A stretch of 64,000 nt of DNA from Bdellovibrionales bacterium (GCA_023301025.1 JALZUR010000022.1:32724-96723); one strand, 5' to 3'. Positions 1 through 9,992 are shown, counted from the stretch's first letter. A program made the numbers and translations. The notes: generated from the sequence alone by a model not told the origin.

Positions 1-839
1 TTTTACATAAAGCTTCTATCCAAAGCCCTAAGCTTTACTTTTCTTTATCAAGTCATGGTGAGATCAAATACTTTCATGAGAAAATCAAAGAACTTTCAAG
101 CTTTGTTATCAAACCAGCAAAAGGAGCTATGGGTAATGGCATTGCCATAGCAAAAGAGGTTCATTGGGATAGCCTTAAAGAAGACACAAGCTTTGTAACC
201 ACAAGAAGAGAGACCATGTCTTATGAAGCTTTGATGTATCACATCTCGTCTGTTTTAAGTGGTTTGTACTCGTTAAATGGACAGCAAGATGAAGTGATGA
301 TTCAAGAGCTTTTAACCCTAGATCCTTTCTTTGATAAAATCACTTATCAAGGTGTACCCGATATAAGAGTTATTCTTTTTTATGGTGTTCCTGTTATGTC
401 TATGCTTCGACTTCCTACAAGCATGTCTGGTGGGCGTGGAAATTTGCACCAAGGGGCTGTTGGCTGCGGTATAGATTTAAAAACTGGACGGCTCACGTAC
501 TCTATTCAAAATAACAAAGCTATAAGTGCTCATCCTGACACCAATCAAAAGATAAAAGGTCTTACACTTCCCCTCTGGGATGATATACTTTCGCTTTCAG
601 TAGCCTGTGCTGAGGTTTCTAACATCAATTACATGGGTGTGGATATTGTACTAGATCCTGTAAAAGGACCTATGGTTCTTGAGTTAAACGCAAGACCTGG
701 CTTATCTATACAACTTGCAAATAAACAAGGGCTTCATCCAAGACTAAAAAAAATTGAAGAACGTTTGGGGACAAAAAATAAGACACCAAATGCAGAACTT
801 AGTCTTCGAGAAAAAATTGAATTTTCAAAAAAATTTTGA
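1..839 (+). CDS. ATP-grasp enzyme, RimK-related (alpha-L-glutamate-ligase-like), 5' end outside window
   Basis: The frame is open from nt 3 to the track ATG at 129. The upstream codons read ...FVIKPAKGAMGNGI, an ATP-grasp style strand, so the gene starts left of the window. C-terminal MGVDIVLDPVKGPMVLELNARPGLSIQ is typical of the ATP-grasp catalytic region. Confidence 0.6.
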   Translation, partial: LHKASIQSPKLYFSLSSHGEIKYFHEKIKELSSFVIKPAKGAMGNGIAIAKEVHWDSLKEDTSFVTTRRETMSYEALMYHISSVLSGLYSLNGQQDEVMIQELLTLDPFFDKITYQGVPDIRVILFYGVPVMSMLRLPTSMSGGRGNLHQGAVGCGIDLKTGRLTYSIQNNKAISAHPDTNQKIKGLTLPLWDDILSLSVACAEVSNINYMGVDIVLDPVKGPMVLELNARPGLSIQLANKQGLHPRLKKIEERLGTKNKTPNAELSLREKIEFSKKF

Positions 840-947
840 AACAGATTTAAAAAACATTTTTATGTGCAACACTTAGTAAATAAATGCTTAAATTGAATTC
901 TAGATTTTAGTTTAAGAATAGATCGATTGGTGTGATTTAATTTCTAA

Positions 948-1337
948 TCAATGTTTTTTAAATTTAAGTTTTGAAAATAAATACACAAGGCAAATTGTAA
1001 AAAGAGCATACAAGAGCCCCGTGAATATACCTAGTACGGGAAACAAAGCTCTTCCAGTATCAGAAGAGATTTTATATAAAACCCCAACACAAGACTCAGC
1101 AGTTTGGTCTGGTGACACAATACCGTACTTTTCATTACAAATGGATAGCTCTTTCTTTAGGAAAATTTGGTAAACTTCTCCATAAAATAAGCCAATAACA
1201 TAAAAACTCGACCACAATACTAGAAATTTCATAGGTAAATTTATTTTTCTACAGAACAACAGTAAAATAAATATTGGACCTAAAAAAAGTAAAAACCGAA
1301 GAAAATAACCTACAAACGGATTTATTAAGGCTTCCAT
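948..1337 (-). CDS. small polytopic membrane protein, unknown function
   Basis: 129-aa ORF with several hydrophobic segments (FLRFLLFLGPIFILLLF, FLVLWSSFYVIGLF, LGIFTGLLYALFTICLVYLF). It lies 14 bp downstream of the TolC-like gene on the same strand. Confidence 0.45.
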   Translation of the reverse strand: MEALINPFVGYFLRFLLFLGPIFILLLFCRKINLPMKFLVLWSSFYVIGLFYGEVYQIFLKKELSICNEKYGIVSPDQTAESCVGVLYKISSDTGRALFPVLGIFTGLLYALFTICLVYLFSKLKFKKH

Positions 1338-1351
1338 AGTAGTAAAGCTGC

Positions 1352-2821
1352 TTATAAAAAATCTTTCAATCTAGAAAAATTGTAAAAGTCTACATACAGA
1401 TTCATGATTTCAGACCTCAATCTTAAGTTTGCAACTTGAGCAGCTAAGTAGTCTTGTTCAAAAAGTAGAACCTGATACGTCGTAGATCTTCCATTTTTCT
1501 GCAATCTTTTTTCATGCTCTAGTTTTTTCTTTTGAGCAATTTCTAGCTCTGTTACAAAACTGAGTCTTGATTTTAAGTCTTTAAAAGACGTGAGTTGCTT
1601 GTCTTTTAAAAGCTTATCGTCAATGAGTAGGCGCTTAAGACTTATCTCTGATGACACAACCTCTTCTCTATAACCCTTAAGTATTTTATTAACTTTTCCA
1701 AAAGCCAAAGGGATTGAAAGATTTAAACCTAAAGTTGTCACTGGTAAATCTGTACTAAAAGCATCGCCTGTTGCATCGCTAAAGCCTTCTTGTATCGCTC
1801 CTGTTGTTAAATTACCAAAAATCTTTAACTCAGGTTTTGCACCATCAATAAAAGCTTCGTTTTTATATTTTAAGGCTTTAATACTTTGCTCTTGAGTGAC
1901 AACAGATAGTGATTTTTTTGAAAGATCTGGGATTTTTAAATTTAGTACAAACTCAGTGCTTGGAGCTTCTATAGATAAAGATACATCCTGATCTTCAATA
2001 AAAGACCTATAATCTTTTTCAAATAGTGTAAGACTGTCTTTTGACTCTTCAACTTCAAGCTTTCTTTGTAAGTAGCCGGCTTTCGCCTGTAAAACTTCAC
2101 CAACATCTACAACTCCACGGCCTGATCTTTTTTTATTGTAGTCGAGTATGGCTTTAGCCCTCTCGGCACTTTGTTTTAAAATTGAAAGAATCTTTTTATT
2201 GACCGCGAAGTTCCAGTAGGCTTTTTGAGCCTTAACTAATACATCAATAGCGTTTTTTTCTTCTATTAGTGCTTCATAGTAGTTTGTAGCAAGATTTTGC
2301 TCTTCAATGAGTCTATTTTGTTTACCAAAAGAGTTTCTTAAAAGTGATTGCTCTAGATTTAAAACAAAGTTGTTTGTGTAGTAGTCGTTTAAAGGAAAAA
2401 AGTTTGTTGGTCGCCCCTGAAAGCGTTCACGAAAACTTCTAAATGATAAGCTTGCATCTAAACCAAAACGTGTTTTTTGCCTTACACCTAAATTAAATTC
2501 CGTAGTCTCAGACTGATCACCTTGAAAGGCGATGTTTAATCTTGGCCCCCTATCTTGCCTCCACTCAATACTTGAATAGAGCTCTGGAATAAATAAGAGA
2601 CTTGAATCATATGATTTGTTATTTAGGGCTTTAATTTTTTTAATCGATGCTGTGTATGAAGAATTTTTTTCTTGAACCACTTTTATAAAATCTGAAATTG
2701 TTGCTCTTTTACTAAAGCTATTTTCCTTTGGAACACCTGCAAAAGCTTTTACTGAACCACTTAAAAAAGAACCTGATATTACAAAACTTATAACTAAAAT
2801 AGATGTATTTAAAACTGACAT
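1352..2821 (-). CDS. TolC-family outer membrane efflux protein
   Basis: 489 aa with an N-terminal signal peptide (SGSFLSGSVKAFA). Long heptad-like helical regions occur in two halves (…AQKAYWNFAVNKKILSILKQSAERAKAILDY…; …LQKNGRSTTYQVLLFEQDYLAAQVANLRLRSEI…), as in OEP/TolC family proteins. No adjacent pump genes. Confidence 0.65.
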   Translation of the reverse strand: MSVLNTSILVISFVISGSFLSGSVKAFAGVPKENSFSKRATISDFIKVVQEKNSSYTASIKKIKALNNKSYDSSLLFIPELYSSIEWRQDRGPRLNIAFQGDQSETTEFNLGVRQKTRFGLDASLSFRSFRERFQGRPTNFFPLNDYYTNNFVLNLEQSLLRNSFGKQNRLIEEQNLATNYYEALIEEKNAIDVLVKAQKAYWNFAVNKKILSILKQSAERAKAILDYNKKRSGRGVVDVGEVLQAKAGYLQRKLEVEESKDSLTLFEKDYRSFIEDQDVSLSIEAPSTEFVLNLKIPDLSKKSLSVVTQEQSIKALKYKNEAFIDGAKPELKIFGNLTTGAIQEGFSDATGDAFSTDLPVTTLGLNLSIPLAFGKVNKILKGYREEVVSSEISLKRLLIDDKLLKDKQLTSFKDLKSRLSFVTELEIAQKKKLEHEKRLQKNGRSTTYQVLLFEQDYLAAQVANLRLRSEIMNLYVDFYNFSRLKDFL

Positions 2822-2898
2822 AATAGAATGCTAACTTATTTTTTTAAGTCTCGTTAGTTTCTTAAAAATTAGCTTCAAAAATGATGCAACTTTTAATA

Positions 2899-4152
2899 TC
2901 ACTTAACCTTAGGAAGCCCTCTCCAACCTGTAACATAACTGGGTGATAAGTGCTTCATTTTCATGGACCACACTGATTTTTCTTCTAAGCCACAAACCCC
3001 TAATTTTAGTGTTTGAGGACCATAAGCTCTATTTATCTTATCTACGGCCTTCATAAGATTTTTTGACTTTAAACTATCAGTTGCTTCAAAAAGGCTTAGC
3101 TGCACTTCATCTTTATTTCTAATCCCAGCTAAATGTACTCCAGCTTTTTTGTAATCAAATCCAGCTTTAAATATTTTATCTAACGCATTTAGAGCGTAAC
3201 GCACTATTTTTTTTGTATCTTGCGTGGGAACTTCAAATTTTTGACCTTCTTGCCCCTTATAGTAAAAATCATGGGTAAAAGGTGAGGTTCGTATGCTGAT
3301 TCCTACAAAAGAGCAGTACGATTCTTGTTTTCGTAACCTCTCACAGGCTTTAGAGGCATGTGTAGCCACCGCAGCTCTTAGGTCTGACATATTTGTTACC
3401 GCCTGACCAAAAGATCTTGAAGCCATGATTCCCTGTTTTTTTTCTACTTCTTGATTAAGTAAAAAGCGCGGATGACCTTTAAGCTCTTCAAGTCTTTGTA
3501 AACCCACCTTAGTAAAAATTTTTTTAATAAGCATGTGATTTTTAAAATCTCTATAGTCTTTAGCAGTTTTTACTCTTAACGACTCAAACTTACTTGCTGA
3601 AGACCTACCCACTCCCCATACATCGGCTATTTGGGTTTTTTCTAAGGCTTGTGTTTCTGAGTCTTTATCCAAGAGAGCTACAACACCAACCTTGTTTTTC
3701 TTTGCAAGATTATTTGCAACTTTTGCTAAAGTTTTTGTTGAAGCAATCCCAACAGATACAGGAATGCCCACCTCTTTTAAAAGAGTGTCTTTTATCAAGT
3801 GCCCGTAAGACTCTAAGTTTTGAAAACCTGAAAGATCTAAAAAGGCCTCATCCACAGAGTAGACTTCTAAATTGGGGGTAAATTGACTAAGACAGATCAT
3901 CACGCGATCTGAAATGTTTGTGTACAAAGAAAAATTTGAAGAAAACACATGAACGTTTTTATCATCACAAAGTTTTTTAAACTTGAAGTATGGGGCACCC
4001 ATGGGGACGCCTAATTTTTTTAATTCGGGGGTTCTTGAGATAAAACAGCCATCATTGTTTGATAAAACACCAATAGGGCTCTTTTTTAAATCTGGCCTAA
4101 AAAGACGCTCACAAGAACAAAAAAAAGAATTGCAATCAACAAGTGCATACAT
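2899..4152 (-). CDS. umuC: Y-family DNA polymerase V catalytic subunit UmuC
   Basis: The N-terminus MYALVDCNSFFCSCERLFRPDL…GVLSNNDGC and the SVDEAFLDL motif are canonical UmuC/DinB signatures. It follows a UmuD-like gene by 9 bp. Confidence 0.85.
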   Translation of the reverse strand: MYALVDCNSFFCSCERLFRPDLKKSPIGVLSNNDGCFISRTPELKKLGVPMGAPYFKFKKLCDDKNVHVFSSNFSLYTNISDRVMICLSQFTPNLEVYSVDEAFLDLSGFQNLESYGHLIKDTLLKEVGIPVSVGIASTKTLAKVANNLAKKNKVGVVALLDKDSETQALEKTQIADVWGVGRSSASKFESLRVKTAKDYRDFKNHMLIKKIFTKVGLQRLEELKGHPRFLLNQEVEKKQGIMASRSFGQAVTNMSDLRAAVATHASKACERLRKQESYCSFVGISIRTSPFTHDFYYKGQEGQKFEVPTQDTKKIVRYALNALDKIFKAGFDYKKAGVHLAGIRNKDEVQLSLFEATDSLKSKNLMKAVDKINRAYGPQTLKLGVCGLEEKSVWSMKMKHLSPSYVTGWRGLPKVK

Positions 4153-4161
4153 CTTTGTTTT

Positions 4162-4704
4162 TTATGCCCCTTTAAATTCTCTAGCAAGTCCCCTAACCAC
4201 ACCAAAGACACTAAAGTCAGAATCATTATTAAGCTCTATGGATTTATAACTCTTATTTTCAGAGCACAGATAAAGACAACCCTTTTTTTGAATTAATCTT
4301 TTACACAGCATCTCTCCATTTAAAGAACAAACTACTATACAACCAGGGTAAGATTCTAAAGAACGGTCTACAATTAAAATATCTTTTTCTTTAATTAAGG
4401 GAGACATTGAGTCTGACTCAGCTTCAAAAAAATATGTGGATGCTTTATTTTTAATAAACCGCTCATCTAAAGACTGATAACTTTCTATATGATCGTTAAC
4501 AATACCAAAAAGACCGCACGAAACTCTTTGAGCTGATAAAGGTATTCTTACAAAACCAGGAGATAAAGGTTCATTATCAGAAACTTCACAAAGTGTTGTG
4601 AGAGAATCTTCAGTGCTATGAAGCGACAGGTAAGGCTTGTAGGGATTTAAAACTTGATACACCACCTTTCTATAATAACAAAAGGCGGCTGTATCTTTAA
4701 CCAA
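4162..4704 (-). CDS. umuD: UmuD-like S24 (LexA-type) self-cleaving peptidase
   Basis: It aligns by eye to E. coli UmuD: a Cys-Gly cleavage-type site (RVSCGLFG), catalytic Ser in AESDSMSPLI and Lys in MLCKRL. The track start is a TTG and there is no internal Met before the domain, so the start is uncertain. Confidence 0.75.
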   Translation of the reverse strand: MVKDTAAFCYYRKVVYQVLNPYKPYLSLHSTEDSLTTLCEVSDNEPLSPGFVRIPLSAQRVSCGLFGIVNDHIESYQSLDERFIKNKASTYFFEAESDSMSPLIKEKDILIVDRSLESYPGCIVVCSLNGEMLCKRLIQKKGCLYLCSENKSYKSIELNNDSDFSVFGVVRGLAREFKGA

Positions 4705-4718
4705 ATAGTGTAATGACC

Positions 4719-5525
4719 TTAAAAATAGTACCTAAAGCCTATGTTTGCCACAACAAGTTGAAAATCAAAATCAGGTATGTAGACAAAGTCATTTTCTATA
4801 TCTAAACCAAGAGTTCTTAAAACGCGTCCTTCAATAAAAACACTAGCATTATTTAATCGCATATCTAAACCAGCAAAGGCTTGAACAGCTAATGACGAAC
4901 CCGTAACTTCATCTTCCACACCATCAACAGACACTGAGGTTATCCCAAGTCCACCACCAAAATAAGGACCTAAGCCCTCATAGTTTAGTTTATAAGAACC
5001 ATTAAACATTAAAGAGTTTGTGACCATGTCACCTTTAAAACTATTAGCTGTATCGACTGCATTATAGTCAAAGTCTATAAAGTTAAAAGAAAACTCCCCT
5101 TCTAAAGAAAAACCCTCGCGATCCACACCATAGGCAAGTGTTAGAGGTGTTAAAAGAGTACTATCAAAACTAAAATCTCCACTTGAGTCACTGAAATCAG
5201 ATTTTATTTTAGAAAGACCCAGAGCACCTTTGAAATAGGCTCTACGATAATTTGTCACGTAATTTGGATTGTATGTAGGCCGCTGTTGCTGTTGATAGTT
5301 TTTCTGTTGGTGGTCCTGATAGGCTTCTTGTGACGAAAGTCTTTGATCTTCGCCACTTGTAACATTCTTGGAATCACCCTTAGCAGTTTTTGAACTTGAT
5401 TGTGTTTGATTTAAACTCGCACTCTGAGACGTATTTTCTGGCGTTTGACTGTAAACGTCCTCATAAGAGTTAGCCCAAACATCTAATGAGTAAAGACTTA
5501 AGATTAGAGATAAAAAGTACTTCAT
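4719..5525 (-). CDS. outer membrane beta-barrel protein with Gln/Asn-rich N-terminal region
   Basis: Signal peptide (SLYSLDVWA). Alternating beta-strand pattern with a terminal aromatic residue (IGFRYYF). Low-complexity QDHQQKNYQQQQRPTYNPNY segment. SD GGAGAA lies before the ATG. Confidence 0.6.
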   Translation of the reverse strand: MKYFLSLILSLYSLDVWANSYEDVYSQTPENTSQSASLNQTQSSSKTAKGDSKNVTSGEDQRLSSQEAYQDHQQKNYQQQQRPTYNPNYVTNYRRAYFKGALGLSKIKSDFSDSSGDFSFDSTLLTPLTLAYGVDREGFSLEGEFSFNFIDFDYNAVDTANSFKGDMVTNSLMFNGSYKLNYEGLGPYFGGGLGITSVSVDGVEDEVTGSSLAVQAFAGLDMRLNNASVFIEGRVLRTLGLDIENDFVYIPDFDFQLVVANIGFRYYF

Positions 5526-5672
5526 GATTTAGTTCTCCTTTAATACAATAACACTACAGTAAGGCTAAAAGTTTCAAATTTAAGCTAAAAAAAAATATTA
5601 GCCTAATGACTCAGCATTTCTAGCCTTTCTTAAATAGTAGTGCCTGTCATTTAAAGGTAAAGTTTTGAGACT

Positions 5673-6890
5673 ATGCATCTTTTACCGAGTCTACTCCTTC
5701 TTCTTGTGTTCGCCCGTCTTTTAGGGAAAGCCTTTAAAACTCTTGGTCATCCAGAGATTGTTGGTGAAATTGTTGCAGGACTTTTATTAGGTCCTGTTGT
5801 TTTAAACTTAGTTCATATAACACCTGAACTTAATGGTATTGTTCAGCTTTCTGTTTTTCTACTTATCTTTGGAGCTGGTCTTGAAATGGATCTTCACGAA
5901 ATTCTTGATGCCTTAAAGAAAAAAGCTTTTTTATCTGCAGCCTTTGGGTTTTTTCTTCCTTTGGGAGCAGGAGTTTTAATGGGAAAGCTTTTTGATTTTG
6001 AGCTTGTAGAGTCTTTATGTGTTGGACTTTGTTTGGCAATCACAGCTTTACCTATAGTTTTAAAAATGCTTTCTGAATTTAAAATGCAAGACTCAAGCTT
6101 AGGTCACACAATTATTGGGGCTGCTATCATTATTGATATTATAGCACTTTTACTTTTAGGAGTGGTCATGGACACTCCTAAAGAAGCAACGGCTATGACT
6201 ATGATTCAAAGTGTCGGGAGCACGTCTTTAAAACTAATTTTCTTTTTTCTAATGATCTTACTTGTAAATTACCTTCTAAGAAGCAGTTTTCTTAAGATCA
6301 CTCGTACACAAAAACTATATCAAACAGTTGTTAGTACCTTTGGAGATGAGGGTGTTTTTGGAATATCTTTATTATTTGTTTTAGGCTTTAGCACCATCAG
6401 TGAGTGGCTAGGACTTCACTTTGTAATTGGCGCTTTTTTTGGAGGGCTTTTGTTAAACAGAGACATCATGGGACCTGTTTTTTTTAAAAAACTCGATAAC
6501 ACTTTGGGCTCTGTTTCTAATGGGTTTTTAACACCTATATTTTTTGCCTTTATTGGTATGCAGCTTAGTATCTCTGCCTTTCAAAGAATTGACCTACTTC
6601 TTACAATTATTGCTGCAGGCCTTTTCTTTAAATTTTTTGGAAGTTGGATTGGTGCAAGAATTGCGGGCATAGGTGCTAGAGAAAGTGTTGCTATGGGAGT
6701 ATTTTTAAATTCACGAGGAGTACTCGATTTAGTTATTGCAGATCTAGCCTTAGGAAAAAATTATATTTCACAACAAACCTTTTCGTCTTTAGTAATATTA
6801 GGTGTGATTTCTACTATACTGGTGCCTTTTATCTATAAAAGCTTTGTTTTAAGATCTGATGAACAGAGCGAACAAAAAACAGTAGACTAA
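5673..6890 (+). CDS. cation:proton antiporter (CPA2/Kef-NapA type)
   Basis: The N-terminus LLGKAFKTLGHPEIVGEIVAGLLLGPVVLNL is the classic Na_H_exchanger family start. About 11-12 hydrophobic helices. Confidence 0.8.
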   Translation: MHLLPSLLLLLVFARLLGKAFKTLGHPEIVGEIVAGLLLGPVVLNLVHITPELNGIVQLSVFLLIFGAGLEMDLHEILDALKKKAFLSAAFGFFLPLGAGVLMGKLFDFELVESLCVGLCLAITALPIVLKMLSEFKMQDSSLGHTIIGAAIIIDIIALLLLGVVMDTPKEATAMTMIQSVGSTSLKLIFFFLMILLVNYLLRSSFLKITRTQKLYQTVVSTFGDEGVFGISLLFVLGFSTISEWLGLHFVIGAFFGGLLLNRDIMGPVFFKKLDNTLGSVSNGFLTPIFFAFIGMQLSISAFQRIDLLLTIIAAGLFFKFFGSWIGARIAGIGARESVAMGVFLNSRGVLDLVIADLALGKNYISQQTFSSLVILGVISTILVPFIYKSFVLRSDEQSEQKTVD

Positions 6891-6993
6891 AAAAACTTTT
6901 AAATTACTATATTAATTTTCTAATATAAATAAAACCAGTTTTGATTATCTAATTATTATAGTTATTAAATTAAACTAAAAAACGGAGCATAAA

Positions 6994-7839
6994 ATGGACA
7001 TAGAAAAAGACTTATCTATAGAATCAGCTGAACTGCTACTATTTAAAATAAAAAACTTTGGTATGGATTTTTTACCAAAATTAGTTTCTGCAATTTTAGT
7101 CTTACTTATCGGACTCTTCATTATTGGTAAAATCACCAAACTATTCTCTAAACTTTTACAGGCTAGAAATGTCGATAGAACTTTAACAGACTTTTTACAA
7201 AGCCTTATAGCTTGGGCTTTAAAAGCACTCTTATTTATTACTGTCATTTCGATGGTGGGAGTTGCAACAACATCTTTTGTAGCCCTTATTGGTGCCGCAG
7301 GTTTAGCCATTGGTGTTGCACTACAAGGAACACTTTCAAACTTTGCAGGTGGCGTAATGCTTATGCTATTCAAACCGTTTAAAGCAGGTGATTATATCAT
7401 TGCTCAAGGTGAAGAAGGTGTTGTTGAGAGCATTTCTATATTTGCTACAAAATTAGTAAAATTAGACAATATTAAAGTCATTTTTCCAAACGGGCCTCTT
7501 TCAGCTGGTACAATTGTAAATCTAAGTGCAGAAGAGAACAGAAGAGTAGATCTTTCAGTTGGCATTAGCTATTCTGATAATATAAAAACAGCACTCGATT
7601 CACTTGTTCAAATGTGTAATGCAAACTCTAAAGTGCTTAAAACTCCTGAGTCTTTTGTTGGAATTACTGAATTTGGAGATAGTTCTATAAATTTAACAAT
7701 TAGAGCCTGGTGCGTAAATGCTGATTACTGGGATGTATTTTTTGAACTTAACGAAGCTATCAAACCTACACTAGATAAAGCAGGGATCAGCATACCGTTT
7801 CCACAAAGAGATGTTCATCTTGTAAAACAAGACGCTTAA
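6994..7839 (+). CDS. small-conductance mechanosensitive channel (MscS family)
   Basis: Pore-helix motif GVALQGTLSNFAGGVMLMLFKPFKAGDYI followed by the beta-domain. SD ACGGAG lies upstream of the ATG. Confidence 0.85.
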   Translation: MDIEKDLSIESAELLLFKIKNFGMDFLPKLVSAILVLLIGLFIIGKITKLFSKLLQARNVDRTLTDFLQSLIAWALKALLFITVISMVGVATTSFVALIGAAGLAIGVALQGTLSNFAGGVMLMLFKPFKAGDYIIAQGEEGVVESISIFATKLVKLDNIKVIFPNGPLSAGTIVNLSAEENRRVDLSVGISYSDNIKTALDSLVQMCNANSKVLKTPESFVGITEFGDSSINLTIRAWCVNADYWDVFFELNEAIKPTLDKAGISIPFPQRDVHLVKQDA

Positions 7840-7841
7840 CT

Positions 7842-8879
7842 TTAAGAGTTTTTAACGTCTACAAGTACACGGCCTTGGCTTTTATGCATAAGTATATCTT
7901 CTGAGGTTTGTTTTACTTCATTTAACTTAACCACCTTATAGACACGATCTATGAGGTTATCGATTTTATATTCTTTACCTAATTTTTTCCATAAATCTTT
8001 TCGTAAATCCATAGTGCAGTTGTTAGAACTTACTCCTAAAAGGTGTACTCCCCTTAAAATAAAAGGCATTACTGAACTAGAAAAACTCGAACCTTTTGCA
8101 AGTCCAATAGAACAAACATTCCCCCAAAGTGAAACTTCAGGTAAAACTGATTCTAAAAATTCTCCACCAAGGTTATCAATGACACCTGCCCACTTAACTG
8201 TTTTTAAAGGGGCTGTTCTTTCTTTTTGCTCTTTTTTTAGAACCACTTCATTATAGTGAAGCACCTCACTTGCACCAAGTTTTTTCAAGTTATCTTTAAA
8301 CTCAAGCCTATGAGTCACAGTAACAATCTTATATTTTTTTTGTTTTAAAATTTGAGTTGCAAAACCACCTACCCCACCCGTTGCTCCAGAAACGAGTATT
8401 GGCCCCTTTTCGGGATTCTGACCATTTAGCTCCATAAGATAAATAGCTAAAGCTGCTGTAAAACCAGCAGTACCTAAGATCATGGATTCTTTTAAACTAA
8501 GCCCTTCAGGTAAAGGAATCAGAAGAGATGAGTCTACATAGGCTATTTGAGTATAGCCCCCATCAGAAACCTCACCAATATTACAAGCTTGAACAATGAC
8601 CTTCTTACCTTTTAAAGGACCCTCGAGCACAACACCTGCCAAATCAATCCCGGGTACTATGGGATCAGATTTAAAAATAGGTGCTTTACCACAAACCCCC
8701 AAAGCATCTTTATAGTTAATACCAGAATAGTGGACTTCGATTTTTGTGGTGGTGCTCATTAAATCTTTCTTCAGATTAGAGTTTTGCTCTTCATCAGCAT
8801 ATTTTTGTAAACCTGAAGCTGGGTTCTGAGTATCCAGAAGCTTTAGTCCGATTTTTTTTGAAAAAATTAGAGATTTCAT
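7842..8879 (-). CDS. MDR-superfamily NADPH:quinone/acrylyl-CoA reductase (YhdH/AcuI family)
   Basis: HYSGINYKDALGVCGK…PGIDLAGVV and the nucleotide-binding VSGATGGVGGFATQI motifs are typical of the YhdH/YhfP subgroup. Confidence 0.7.
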   Translation of the reverse strand: MKSLIFSKKIGLKLLDTQNPASGLQKYADEEQNSNLKKDLMSTTTKIEVHYSGINYKDALGVCGKAPIFKSDPIVPGIDLAGVVLEGPLKGKKVIVQACNIGEVSDGGYTQIAYVDSSLLIPLPEGLSLKESMILGTAGFTAALAIYLMELNGQNPEKGPILVSGATGGVGGFATQILKQKKYKIVTVTHRLEFKDNLKKLGASEVLHYNEVVLKKEQKERTAPLKTVKWAGVIDNLGGEFLESVLPEVSLWGNVCSIGLAKGSSFSSSVMPFILRGVHLLGVSSNNCTMDLRKDLWKKLGKEYKIDNLIDRVYKVVKLNEVKQTSEDILMHKSQGRVLVDVKNS

Positions 8880-8990
8880 ATTTTTACTTACCTTATTTAA
8901 GTTTCTATTCTAGGTCATAAATATTAATTAAAAACATAGCAAATTGTACTTTTTAAGCAATAAGACAAACTCTAACAAGGCCCACCAAGA

Positions 8991-9914
8991 ATGAAATTTT
9001 TAGAGCTGCCCATTCCTGAAAAAGTTGAGCTTGGTGATTTTATTCTAAAATATTTTAAATCAAAAAACTCTTCATTATCAAAAGACGATCTAAATGCACA
9101 TGTAAGAGAGCATCTTGTATACTTTCAAAATAAACCTGTACCTTTTTTACCTTTTAAGATTTTTAAAAAAGGTAAGGCTCAGCTTTACTTAAAACAAACA
9201 GGCCCAATGCTAAAAAAAAATCAGATAATTTATGAAGACAAATGGGTCCTTGTTATCAACAAACCTTCAGGTCTTCCAAGTCAATCAAGTCTTAAATTCT
9301 TACAAGATCATGCACATTCTATGGTTCAGTGCTACTTAAGAGAAAAAAAATTTCAAACATCTCCTGTGCTTTTTCTCATGCACCGCTTAGACACAGACAC
9401 CTCAGGCCTTTTACTTTTCTCAAAAAAAGCTTCAGCCAATAAATCTATACAACAGCAATTTGAAACAAGGTGTATAAAAAAGACCTACTTGGCTTTGTCT
9501 ACATCTTCATCCGAATCGACAGTTTTTAAACAAAAAGTTATTACTTCATATATTGCAAAAAAAGGGGACAATAAGCACGCTTTTAAGTTTGCATCAGTTC
9601 CTAAAGACACACCAGGAGCAAGACGATCAGAAACTTTAGTAACACTACTTAGCACTTCTAATAATGATCTAAAGCATCTTTTTTCTGTGGAGCCAAAAAC
9701 TGGGCGAAGCCACCAAATACGAGTTCACCTCAAAGATCAGGGTCTAGCTATTGATGGAGACTCTTTTTATGACGGTGAAAAGGCAAGTCAATTGCATTTA
9801 CACGCTTGGAAGTTGAGCTTTAAACACCCCATAAACCAAGAGCCGCTTAATTTAGTAGCTCCACTGCCTGAACACCTTAAGCAAAGTATAGACAAATATA
9901 AATTGAGTTTATAA
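8991..9914 (+). CDS. RluA-family pseudouridine synthase
   Basis: Catalytic motif HRLDTDTSGLLLFSK plus the C-terminal GRSHQIRVHL motif. Confidence 0.8.
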   Translation: MKFLELPIPEKVELGDFILKYFKSKNSSLSKDDLNAHVREHLVYFQNKPVPFLPFKIFKKGKAQLYLKQTGPMLKKNQIIYEDKWVLVINKPSGLPSQSSLKFLQDHAHSMVQCYLREKKFQTSPVLFLMHRLDTDTSGLLLFSKKASANKSIQQQFETRCIKKTYLALSTSSSESTVFKQKVITSYIAKKGDNKHAFKFASVPKDTPGARRSETLVTLLSTSNNDLKHLFSVEPKTGRSHQIRVHLKDQGLAIDGDSFYDGEKASQLHLHAWKLSFKHPINQEPLNLVAPLPEHLKQSIDKYKLSL

Positions 9915-9992
9915 GTTGAACTGTAAGTATCGTAACAAGGCAAAATTTGTATGTTAGCGACGTCTCTATTTTAAATCATAAAGGGGTTTTAT

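Noticed and set aside
3594-4249. Plus-strand ORFs 3594-3881 and 3983-4249
   Set aside because: They are antisense to umuC, whose homology is unambiguous. Their low-complexity translations have no motifs or SD.
6975-7373. Minus-strand 132-aa ORF
   Set aside because: It is antisense to the 5' half of the MscS gene, which has the canonical pore motif.
7951-8256. Plus-strand 101-aa ORF
   Set aside because: It is antisense to the YhdH-family reductase gene.
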